From Candidatus Sumerlaeaceae bacterium (GTDB lineage: Bacteria; Sumerlaeota; Sumerlaeia; Sumerlaeales; Sumerlaeaceae): a stretch of DNA of 64,000 bases. Numbering within the stretch: the first letter of the stretch is position 1; each line of letters opens with the position of its first letter. A program made the translations under genes and the position numbers. Below are positions 9,251 through 17,594 of the stretch, piece after piece. The stretch spans positions 32,001 to 96,000 of the forward strand of contig JBPCLP010000021.1 in assembly GCA_051003195.1 (NCBI GenBank). The letters run 5' to 3'. The notes below the pieces were generated by a model. That model was not told the DNA's origin. It ran no database searches and saw only the letters and a list, made by a program, of their open reading frames with translations.

Positions 9251-10672
9251 ATGCCGCCCTCTGCCGAACCGCCCCAACGCGAACCCGCGGCACCGCATGC
9301 GTTGCTTCAACGCCGTAATGTCCGCTTGCTGCTCCCGATTCTGATCTTCATCGCCGGGCTGACGATTCGACTTTATGGCCTCGGCGTTTATCCGCAACGG
9401 CACGCGTGTGACGACGAATTCCATTATCTCTGGGCAGGGACGTCGCTACTGGAATCCGGTGTGCCAACTTCCTGGTCACGGCTTGCAGGTGCGCAAAGCG
9501 CATGGATCGGGCGCCTTGACTGGGAGGGCATGCACTACCAGCTTGTGCGGCCCGCGCTCGATCACCCGCCGCTGTTCAGCGCATTGACAGGAATTGCGGG
9601 CAAACTCGCCGGCGCTACGCCAATCGTGCTGCGCACCGTCGAGGGCGGTTCTATAAAGCTCTGGGATGCGGAGCTGGGAAGGATTCGGCTGCTTTCAATA
9701 CTGCTGTTCTGCTTTACGTTCTGGCTGCTGTTCGATATTCTGCGTATGAGCTTCGGTTTCGCCGCAGCGAACATCGGAATCCTCTGCTACGGTTTCATTG
9801 CCCACATCGTGGCGCACAATAGGCTCCTCGTCGCTGATAATCTTATTGTCCCGCTGATGCTCTGCGGCCTCTGGACGACGCAAAGATACCTGAACCGCAC
9901 CATGAGTGAGCGCCGCTTCGCGGTCATCGTCATCGCCGCGCTTACAGCGGCCATGCTGTGCAAGCTTGTCGCGGCCTGCTGCGCTGTTGCCCTGTTTGCG
10001 CTGCTGCTGTTCGCCGGTAAACGCCGCGAAGTCTTCTATCCGGTGGCGGGAGTTCTTCTCGGGATCGCATGCAATCTGGTCTATGCAGTCGTGCAGGGAT
10101 GGGGCACTTTTCGAGAGGTAATCCAGACGCACGCCCAACGCTATTCCGGGTTCGATAGCCTGGAAAGGCTTATCCGTACACAACCGCTCGTCGGGGCGGA
10201 TGACTTCAATTCGCTGATTCTGCTTGGCTGGATCGCAATCTTCGCACTCGCGTTGCGGCGGCGTCCGCAACCTATCATCGCCGGTTTCATCGCCTACCTG
10301 TTTGGTTTCGTCTTTTTCACACCATCCAACGCCATCTATGGCTGGTATGCGCTTCCGCTCTATCCGTTCCTTTGCCTTGGAATTGCGTTCGCTGTCACCG
10401 AAACATGGAAACGTCCCTGCGGCATCGCAGCCATCGCGGTTCTACTACTGCTGCTGTCCAGGGGTTTCCAGATTCTCTTTCTCGCAAACCCTGATGCGAT
10501 TCACGTTTTGCGCATGGTATTCATCGCCCCGGCCGCCGCCGTTGTGCTTAGTCCACTTTACCCACGGTACGTCGGATTAAAAATTAACCGCGGCCTGCTC
10601 ACCGTATCCTTTGCAATCTGCCTCATTGGCGAGCTACTAACGTTGATCAAGCTTCAAGCCACGGCGTCATGA
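9251..10672 (+). CDS. GT-C fold membrane glycosyltransferase (ArnT/PMT/GT39-GT83-like)
   Basis: TM1 followed by DDE, then DHPPL; about 11-12 predicted TM segments. Confidence 0.7.
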   Translation: MPPSAEPPQREPAAPHALLQRRNVRLLLPILIFIAGLTIRLYGLGVYPQRHACDDEFHYLWAGTSLLESGVPTSWSRLAGAQSAWIGRLDWEGMHYQLVRPALDHPPLFSALTGIAGKLAGATPIVLRTVEGGSIKLWDAELGRIRLLSILLFCFTFWLLFDILRMSFGFAAANIGILCYGFIAHIVAHNRLLVADNLIVPLMLCGLWTTQRYLNRTMSERRFAVIVIAALTAAMLCKLVAACCAVALFALLLFAGKRREVFYPVAGVLLGIACNLVYAVVQGWGTFREVIQTHAQRYSGFDSLERLIRTQPLVGADDFNSLILLGWIAIFALALRRRPQPIIAGFIAYLFGFVFFTPSNAIYGWYALPLYPFLCLGIAFAVTETWKRPCGIAAIAVLLLLLSRGFQILFLANPDAIHVLRMVFIAPAAAVVLSPLYPRYVGLKINRGLLTVSFAICLIGELLTLIKLQATAS

Positions 10673-11233
10673 CAGATCTTTGCGCAGCGAGTAATATGCT
10701 AACAAGCTGCGAATTCCAAACAAGATCAACACTGCCGCAACCGCGCTGACAGTCAACGCCAGCCAGTTGCGCCGAAGGTTCGTCACGAACAGCGTGGCCG
10801 GCCGGCCCGACTGCGAGTTCATCGGGTCCGTGCCGTCCAGGTACTCTTGCGCGTCCGCTAAGCCGTCACTGTCCAGGTCACTCTTGAAACCATATAGCGA
10901 CGCGAGCCTCTCGGGCTCGGTGGTAATCTCCATGATCTTCTCGGCACCCAGCAGTTTGACCATGTGATTGCCGAAGGCATTGAGAAGCGGGTTTTTTACT
11001 TCCTGGCCCGGTTTCGCTTCCCTCGCAATATCCAGCAATTCCTTCTCGGCCTCGCTCAAGCTACTGATCTGGCCCAGGCCCGTGCCCGACGGACCTGTCG
11101 GAGAAATGTGGCACATCGCGCAATCGACACGCCTTCCGGAATGCTCCTGCGAAAACTCCTGGAAATCGGGATAGCCAAACAACGGCGTGGAGCCAAGGAG
11201 CAGCAGCGAGGCCACACAGAAAGCGCGCTTCAC
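10667..11233 (-). CDS. Membrane-anchored monoheme c-type cytochrome-like protein with Asp-rich Ca-binding motif
   Basis: GTG start overlapping cytochrome b stop (GTGA); signal peptide; CAMCH; DLDSDGLADAQEYLDGTDP; C-terminal TM helix. Confidence 0.65.
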   Translation of the reverse strand: MKRAFCVASLLLLGSTPLFGYPDFQEFSQEHSGRRVDCAMCHISPTGPSGTGLGQISSLSEAEKELLDIAREAKPGQEVKNPLLNAFGNHMVKLLGAEKIMEITTEPERLASLYGFKSDLDSDGLADAQEYLDGTDPMNSQSGRPATLFVTNLRRNWLALTVSAVAAVLILFGIRSLLAYYSLRKDLS

Positions 11234-12336
11234 TGTTGGCCCTTCAAGAAATCGTATATCTGCTGACCAAACACCGTCATGATGACCAGGTAAACCGCAC
11301 CTGCACACGCGAGAACCGTCAACGTCCGGCGGCTGGCCCGGCGAAAGATAACCGGCGCAAAGAACAGCACCAGCACCAGCGCCGAAACGAGCACCGCCAC
11401 CAGCCAGAACGGCAGCAGTTCCAACGGGTAAAAGATAAAATAGAAGTACCACTCGGGCTTGATGCCTTCCGGAGTAGCGCCCAGCGGGTTATACGCGGCG
11501 AAAAGTGGATATGAGGAGAACGATTCGAACGGAAGACAGATGCCAATCACCAGCAGGACAACAACTGCGACCGTCCACACCGATAAATCGCGCAGGATGT
11601 AAAACGGGATAAACTTCTCGGTTTTCCCGGTCGGATTGTCCACACCCTGGCTCATCCCGTGCAACTGGATACCGAGCAGGTGAAATCCAACGACGCCCAG
11701 CGTAAGCAGCGGCAGCACGACAACATGGATCGCATAAAAGCGGCTCAGCGTCGACTGGCCAATCGATGGTCCACCCTGGATCAGTTCACGCACGCGAATT
11801 GGCAACTCGCGCAAACTCACCGGCAAGTACCGCGCAAACTCGTCGATGCTCTGCAGGCCCACCTTCGTGGCGTTCACAGCAACCTGGTGCCACGGCAGCA
11901 GGTATCCGGTAAACCCGAAACCAAACGTGATCAGCAGCAGCACGACTCCGCTCACCCACACCATCTCTCGCGGTTTTTCGAACGCCTTCATCGCGAAAGT
12001 CGTGAGCAGATGCACCAGCACGGCAATGATCATCAGCGACGAGGACCACGCATGGATGTTGCGCACCATAGCGCCGCCGCGCACGTGTTGCGTGATATAG
12101 TCTACCGAAGCGTGCGCGTCGGTGACGGTCGGCTCGTAGTAAACCAGCAGTAAAAGTCCGGTGATCAGCTGGACGCCAAGGAAGAACAGCGCCAGCCCGC
12201 CCAGGTAATAGGCCCACCCGAACCGATGCACCGGAACCGTCTTGTTCGTGACCAACGATTCGTAACTCGCCTTATGCAGCGGAAAACGATGCACACAGCG
12301 CGACACAAAGCTGTTCAGCCGTGGCTCAGAACTCAC
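11230..12336 (-). CDS. Cytochrome b subunit of Rieske/cytochrome b (bc/b6f-type) complex
   Basis: YLGG, RNIHAW..VH, GFTGYLLPW, TLSRFYAIH..FH, IKPEWYF. Confidence 0.95.
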   Translation of the reverse strand: MSSEPRLNSFVSRCVHRFPLHKASYESLVTNKTVPVHRFGWAYYLGGLALFFLGVQLITGLLLLVYYEPTVTDAHASVDYITQHVRGGAMVRNIHAWSSSLMIIAVLVHLLTTFAMKAFEKPREMVWVSGVVLLLITFGFGFTGYLLPWHQVAVNATKVGLQSIDEFARYLPVSLRELPIRVRELIQGGPSIGQSTLSRFYAIHVVVLPLLTLGVVGFHLLGIQLHGMSQGVDNPTGKTEKFIPFYILRDLSVWTVAVVVLLVIGICLPFESFSSYPLFAAYNPLGATPEGIKPEWYFYFIFYPLELLPFWLVAVLVSALVLVLFFAPVIFRRASRRTLTVLACAGAVYLVIMTVFGQQIYDFLKGQQ

Positions 12337-13031
12337 GCAAGCTCGTCCGCGGCGAACCGCTTTGCGATAAAGACGGTATAACTGTCGAGATGATCGGGAT
12401 CCGGTGTGCCTTCAATGTTTCCACCCGGACTTTTGCTCGCAACGACTTTGTCTTCGTCGTCCTTTAGAACCCAGCCAAGCCGCGGAAGCGGCCGGTTCGC
12501 GGGCGAGCCAGCGTTCGGTTGTCCTGTCTTAATGTCAAAAAACGACATGTGACAAGGGCAACTGATGCGGTTCTGCTCGTCCGTGGTATTGCCGACGGTA
12601 CAACCGAGGTGCGTGCATTTTGCCGAGATCAGAACCGGCAGCCCGTCATCGTCCGCAAACGCAAGCGCGGGCCTCAGATTGTAGTCGATAAAGTATTTTC
12701 CCTGCGTGGAGTTCAGCCGACTCAACTTTGCCACTTCGATAAAGTCGTTATTCAGCCGCTCAAGTTCCTGCTCGCGCGCGGTCAGGTTCTCACGCAATCG
12801 GGCCAGCCGCTTGCGCAGTTGGTCCGAATGTTCTGCGGGTGTCACATCCTGGCTGCCCAGGAGGAACTGAGCCATTTTCGCCAGAGCGCCAACGGATAGA
12901 ATCGCCGAGCCGATTCCGATGCTCACGACCCCGCGAATGAAGTAACGCCGGCTGAGACCGCGGTGATCGTCCAGCGAGTCGTGATCGGGCGCTTCAGCTG
13001 CGGGCTCTGGTGGCAAGCCGTCCGCGCTCAC
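12333..13031 (-). CDS. Rieske 2Fe-2S subunit
   Basis: Tat-like SRRYFI + TM; CTHLGC and CPCH boxes; GSPANRPLPR. Confidence 0.93.
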   Translation of the reverse strand: MSADGLPPEPAAEAPDHDSLDDHRGLSRRYFIRGVVSIGIGSAILSVGALAKMAQFLLGSQDVTPAEHSDQLRKRLARLRENLTAREQELERLNNDFIEVAKLSRLNSTQGKYFIDYNLRPALAFADDDGLPVLISAKCTHLGCTVGNTTDEQNRISCPCHMSFFDIKTGQPNAGSPANRPLPRLGWVLKDDEDKVVASKSPGGNIEGTPDPDHLDSYTVFIAKRFAADELA

Positions 13032-13477
13032 TTTGCCTCGGTAGTCTTCGCATCGCCGTCTGCCGGCTTTTCCTTCGAGATCGAACGCATATAGTTCACC
13101 ATCTGCCAGCGCTGTTCCTCCGGAATTTTCAGATACGGCGGCATCGGCTGTCTGCCGACCGTAATTTTCCAGAATAGCGCGCCATCACTCTGGCTGCCGA
13201 TCTTCTTCGAGTCGCTCAGATCGCCCGGGTCCTTCTTCAACTCCGCCGATTTTTCACCGTCGCCTTTACCCGTATTGCCGTGGCACTCCGCGCACTCCTT
13301 CATCCACACCTTCTTGCCGGCGGCTATGCTGGCGGCGTCCAGCGCAACCGGGTTCTTCCTGGCCTCCGCGCTCGCCGGCGCTTTCCATTCATCCGCAATG
13401 GCCGATAGAGGTGCGGCGATTATTGTTACCAGCACGGCTGCTCCTGCCAGGTTCATCAGTGAAACTAAATTTCTCAT
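13028..13477 (-). CDS. Periplasmic monoheme cytochrome c
   Basis: Signal peptide; CAECHG..GKGDG; SDGALFWKI..G..PMP; GGAGGAG RBS. Confidence 0.92.
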   Translation of the reverse strand: MRNLVSLMNLAGAAVLVTIIAAPLSAIADEWKAPASAEARKNPVALDAASIAAGKKVWMKECAECHGNTGKGDGEKSAELKKDPGDLSDSKKIGSQSDGALFWKITVGRQPMPPYLKIPEEQRWQMVNYMRSISKEKPADGDAKTTEAK

Positions 13478-13498
13478 ACGGTACTCCTCCAGGATTTG

Positions 13499-13861
13499 TT
13501 ACTCGGGCGCCTGCCTGAAATACAGCCAGTAGATCGACAGCGCGAAAAGCGTGAGGGCAAGTATCGACATTCGCCAGAACCAGCGATCTTCCCGAATCCA
13601 GCCAACGTCGATCAGGATCACACGGATTCCATAAAGCGCGTGCAGGTAAAGGCAGAGGAGGATCAGGACATCCGACGTCGTGCTGGCGTGTACGGCGTCC
13701 GGCCCGATACTCTCCGGCCATGGCACCTTGCCGAGCAACGCGTACCCAGAGTACATTTTGAGCGGGACCAATACCACCAATGCCAACGCACTTACGCGCT
13801 GAATCAGCCACGCAAACGTGCCGCGATACATCTGGAGGCTACGTGACGTACGCTCGCTCAA
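13499..13861 (-). CDS. Succinate dehydrogenase/fumarate reductase-type membrane anchor (SdhC/SdhD-like)
   Basis: AWLIQRVSA and LHALYGIRVILIDVG (heme His) motifs; three TM helices. Confidence 0.8.
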   Translation of the reverse strand: MSERTSRSLQMYRGTFAWLIQRVSALALVVLVPLKMYSGYALLGKVPWPESIGPDAVHASTTSDVLILLCLYLHALYGIRVILIDVGWIREDRWFWRMSILALTLFALSIYWLYFRQAPE

Positions 13862-13863
13862 AA

Positions 13864-14454
13864 TTAAACTCCCATCCTCTTCAGCACTTCTTCCATTTTC
13901 AGCCGGCTCTGCTCGCCCACGTCGCGGTGCAGATTGCCGCCGTACGAATCAATTCCAACGATCAGCGGACCGAATCCGTTGAAGCGCAACTGCCATATCG
14001 ATTCCGGCATCAAGTCTTCCCAGTACACCGCCTCGATTTCCTCGAGCTGCAGCGTCTCGCTCGCGGCCGCGCCGCCGGTCACCGTCAGGTAACAGCCCCC
14101 GTACTCCTGCATGGCCCGCGCGCTGACGTCAGACAGCCCGCCTTTTCCGAGAATCGCTCGCACGCCGTAGTCGCGCAGCAGACCTTCCGTGAAACGGTCC
14201 ATGCGCATGCTGGTTGTTGTGCCCACGCAGATCGGTTCAAACTTGCCCGGACCCACCTGCTTTACGTTCGGCGCTGTATGCAGCAGCGCCGCGCCTTTCC
14301 AGTCGACCGGGGGCGGCACACCGTGGTCGAAGATGCGGATCATGTTCGCGTCGCGGATCCCAAAAACCTGCCCGTCGAGCGTAACGGTGTCGCCTATGCG
14401 CAGCTTGCGAACATCCTCATCCACCAGCGGCGTGCGGAAGCGATAGTCAGCCAT
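13864..14454 (-). CDS. Fe-S hydro-lyase beta subunit (class I fumarase C-terminal/TtdB family)
   Basis: LRIGDTVTLDG, GTTTSMRM, ILGKGG, GPLIVGIDSYGGNL; ATG overlaps alpha stop (TAATG). Confidence 0.9.
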   Translation of the reverse strand: MADYRFRTPLVDEDVRKLRIGDTVTLDGQVFGIRDANMIRIFDHGVPPPVDWKGAALLHTAPNVKQVGPGKFEPICVGTTTSMRMDRFTEGLLRDYGVRAILGKGGLSDVSARAMQEYGGCYLTVTGGAAASETLQLEEIEAVYWEDLMPESIWQLRFNGFGPLIVGIDSYGGNLHRDVGEQSRLKMEEVLKRMGV

Positions 14455-15341
14455 TAGTACCCAATCTCCACGCGCAGGTCCGGATAGATCTGTGCACGGC
14501 TGCGCTCGGCGCGCCAGCATTGCAGGTTCACCGCCACCGGGTTGCAGGTGATGTGCGTCCAGGCGCTTTCAATGTTCACTGCCAGTGCCGTAGTCTTCCC
14601 GCTCAACCCCTGTGGGCCCAGCCCAATCTCATTGATCGCATTGTACAGCTCTTCCTCAAGCGCCGCAATTTCGGGGTCGGGATTACGCGAGCCAATCGGT
14701 CGCGTGGTCGCCTTCTTTGCAAGCGCCATGCAGAGGTCGGACGAGCCACCGATCCCCACTCCGACAATGGTCGGCGGACATGGCTTCGCGCCGGCACCCA
14801 CCACCTGCTCGATCACGAATCGCTTGATCCCCTTTACGCCTTCCGCGGGCACAAGCATCTTCAGCGACGTCATGTTTTCCGAGCCCGATCCCTTCGGGAT
14901 AAACAGGATGTCCAGCACATCGCTTTCCGGAACAAAATCGTACTTGATCACCGGAATACGCTCCCCGGTACTCGTCTGACGATTCTCGCGTTTAATCGGT
15001 GATACGATGCTCGACCGCAGGGGATGTTCCGTCGTGGCGCGCTCGGTGCCACGCGTGATCGCCTGCGTGATCCGGCTGCCGTCCACCCGCAGATTTCCGC
15101 CGATCTCCACCCAGTAAATTGGGATACCCGTATCCTGGCAGACCATCATATCTTTCGTCTGACCCAGCTCGACGCTGTGCAGGTACAGCTTCAGGATGTT
15201 GCGCGCGTTGTCACTGGTTTCGCGCTCCAGGGCCTCATTCAGCGCCTGGATGACGTCGGGAGGAATCTTCTTCAGTGCGCGGATATAAAGCTCGCGGCAC
15301 GTCTCCTCGATTAGCGCGTAATATTTATCGTCCAGTTCCAT
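14454..15341 (-). CDS. Fe-S hydro-lyase alpha subunit (class I fumarase N-terminal/TtdA family)
   Basis: CQDTG, PKGSGSEN, CPPTIVGVGIGG, GLGPQGLSG, VNLQCW motifs (three cluster Cys). Confidence 0.92.
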   Translation of the reverse strand: MELDDKYYALIEETCRELYIRALKKIPPDVIQALNEALERETSDNARNILKLYLHSVELGQTKDMMVCQDTGIPIYWVEIGGNLRVDGSRITQAITRGTERATTEHPLRSSIVSPIKRENRQTSTGERIPVIKYDFVPESDVLDILFIPKGSGSENMTSLKMLVPAEGVKGIKRFVIEQVVGAGAKPCPPTIVGVGIGGSSDLCMALAKKATTRPIGSRNPDPEIAALEEELYNAINEIGLGPQGLSGKTTALAVNIESAWTHITCNPVAVNLQCWRAERSRAQIYPDLRVEIGY

Positions 15342-15596
15342 CAGGGCACATAGTCTCCAGCCGTGCGAGAAACAATGGCCCGGCGGGGGTGAGTCAACCC
15401 TCCGATACAGGAAAAAAGAATCTACATGCGCGGTCGACGTCTACGCCTTGTGCTTCTCTTAAGTCTTCCAGGCGCACCCAATCAAATACTTGCCCCCATG
15501 AAATCGCAATCCAATACCAAACACGCAGGGTCCACCATGGTACAACTGCATAACTAACGACGCCACAAACCCGATTCAGACACTGCCCGGAAGCCA

Positions 15597-16826
15597 ATGA
15601 GCAACGCCTCCCTTAAAAACCTGCGCATCGACCGCCCTGCGGACACCGGCTCGCGTACGGGACTGTGGATTGTGCTGGTGGCAATCCTGCTGGCGGCCGG
15701 CGGCACCGCGGCGTGGATGCTGGCACGGCCGCAAGCGCTAGCGGTCCGCACCGCGCTGGTTCGTGACGCCGGCGGTGGTTCGGGGTCAGGCAGCAAGACG
15801 GAGCGAATGGTGCTGAACGCCTCGGGCTACGTAACCGCCCGGCGTGAGGCCACCGTCTCCTCCAAAATCACGGGGAAGGTTATGTCCGTCCACATCGAAG
15901 AAGGGATGAAGGTTAAGGATGGGCAGATCGTTGCACGGCTCGACGACACCAACGTAACGGTCAGCCTTCGCCTCGCGATGGCCCAGATGGAGGCCACCAA
16001 AGCCGGAATGGACGAGACGCGCGTTCGGCTGAGGGAAGCCGAGAAGGAATTGCAGCGCCAGGAATGGCTGGCGACCAAGAAGGTCGCTTCGCAGTCGGAA
16101 ACTGACAAGGCAGTGGCAACCGCAGAGTCACTGAAAGCCAAACTCCAGCAGCAGCAGGCGGAAGTTACGGTGGCAGAGCGCACCATCGAAAGCTGGAAAC
16201 AGCAACAGGAGGATACGATCATTCGTGCGCCGTTTGGGGGGATCGTAACTTCGAAGAATGCGCAACCTGGCGAAATGATTTCCCCCATGTCCGCGGGTGG
16301 CGGATTCACCCGTACGGGTATCTGCACCATCGTCGACATGGACTCGCTGGAGATTGAGATCGACGTAAACGAAAGCTACATTAACCGCGTCGTTACAGGT
16401 CAGGCAGTCGAGGCAACGTTGGATGCATACCCCGAGTGGAGAATCCCTTGTAAGGTGATCGCGATCATTCCGACCGCAGACCGGCAGAAATCGACGGTAA
16501 AGGTTCGTGTGGGGTTCGAAAAACTGGATCCACGCGTTCTACCCGAAATGAGCGTGAAGGTGGGATTCCGTGAGACGGCCGCTCCTGCCCCGGAGGCAAG
16601 TACCCGGTCAGTTCTGGTGCCGAAAGCGGCATTGTCCCAGGATGGCGACCATGACATCGTATATGTGATCCGAAACGGCCGCGCCGAGCGGCGTGCCGTC
16701 ACCGTCGCCAGTGCAACCTCCGAAGAAGCCACGGTCTCCGCCGGTGTAGCAGCCGGCGAGCGAGTCGCTGTCGAAAAGGCGCCAGGACTCATCGATGGCG
16801 CACGCGTGAAAGAAGTTGCCCCGTAG
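15597..16826 (+). CDS. Efflux periplasmic adaptor (MacA/HlyD family)
   Basis: N-terminal TM, LNASGYV, lipoyl half-motifs, coiled coil, IRAPFGG. Confidence 0.92.
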   Translation: MSNASLKNLRIDRPADTGSRTGLWIVLVAILLAAGGTAAWMLARPQALAVRTALVRDAGGGSGSGSKTERMVLNASGYVTARREATVSSKITGKVMSVHIEEGMKVKDGQIVARLDDTNVTVSLRLAMAQMEATKAGMDETRVRLREAEKELQRQEWLATKKVASQSETDKAVATAESLKAKLQQQQAEVTVAERTIESWKQQQEDTIIRAPFGGIVTSKNAQPGEMISPMSAGGGFTRTGICTIVDMDSLEIEIDVNESYINRVVTGQAVEATLDAYPEWRIPCKVIAIIPTADRQKSTVKVRVGFEKLDPRVLPEMSVKVGFRETAAPAPEASTRSVLVPKAALSQDGDHDIVYVIRNGRAERRAVTVASATSEEATVSAGVAAGERVAVEKAPGLIDGARVKEVAP

Positions 16827-16892
16827 TTTTGCAGGCAGAAATCATGCAGCCGAACAGTGTGTGCAGTTCTTCATACAGGCGGTGAGAAAACA

Positions 16893-17594
16893 GTGTCTAC
16901 CGAGGCGAATGGCACACTCGTAGAAGTTGAGGGAGTTGAAAAAATTTTTCGGCGCGGAACGGAAGACATCCACGTTCTGCAGGACCTGCATCTGTCCGTC
17001 CCGACAGGCGAGTTCCTGGCGCTGATGGGCCCCTCGGGCTCCGGCAAGAGCACGCTGCTCAATCTCATCGGTGGACTCGACCGCCCAACCAGAGGAACCG
17101 TCACCGTGGCCGGTGAGCGGCTGGACCAGCTCTCCGATTCGCGGCTTGCGAACTGGCGCGCACGCCACGTTGGTTTCGTCTTTCAACTGTACAACCTGCT
17201 CCCCGTGCTGAGCGCGGAGCGAAACGTCGAGCTGCCGCTCCTTCTCACGCACCTCTCGAAATCCGAGCGTAAAAAACACGTGCAGACCGCTCTCGAAGTG
17301 GTGGGACTTGGTCACCGGGCAAAGCATTATCCGCGCACCTTGTCAGGCGGCGAACAGCAACGCGTCGGCATCGCCCGCGGAATTGTGACAGACCCCACGC
17401 TGCTGCTATGCGATGAGCCCACCGGTGATCTCGACCGCAAATCGGGCGACGAGATCCTGGACCTTCTGCAGGCGCTCAATCGCGAGCATGGCAAAACCAT
17501 CATCATGGTCACGCACGATCCGCACGCCTCCGCGCGCGCTGTGCGGACTGTTCACCTGGACAAGGGGCAACTTGCCAGCGAGCCGGGGGTATGA
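16893..17594 (+). CDS. ABC transporter ATP-binding protein (MacB/LolD type)
   Basis: [34 protein letters not shown]. Confidence 0.95.
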   Translation: MSTEANGTLVEVEGVEKIFRRGTEDIHVLQDLHLSVPTGEFLALMGPSGSGKSTLLNLIGGLDRPTRGTVTVAGERLDQLSDSRLANWRARHVGFVFQLYNLLPVLSAERNVELPLLLTHLSKSERKKHVQTALEVVGLGHRAKHYPRTLSGGEQQRVGIARGIVTDPTLLLCDEPTGDLDRKSGDEILDLLQALNREHGKTIIMVTHDPHASARAVRTVHLDKGQLASEPGV

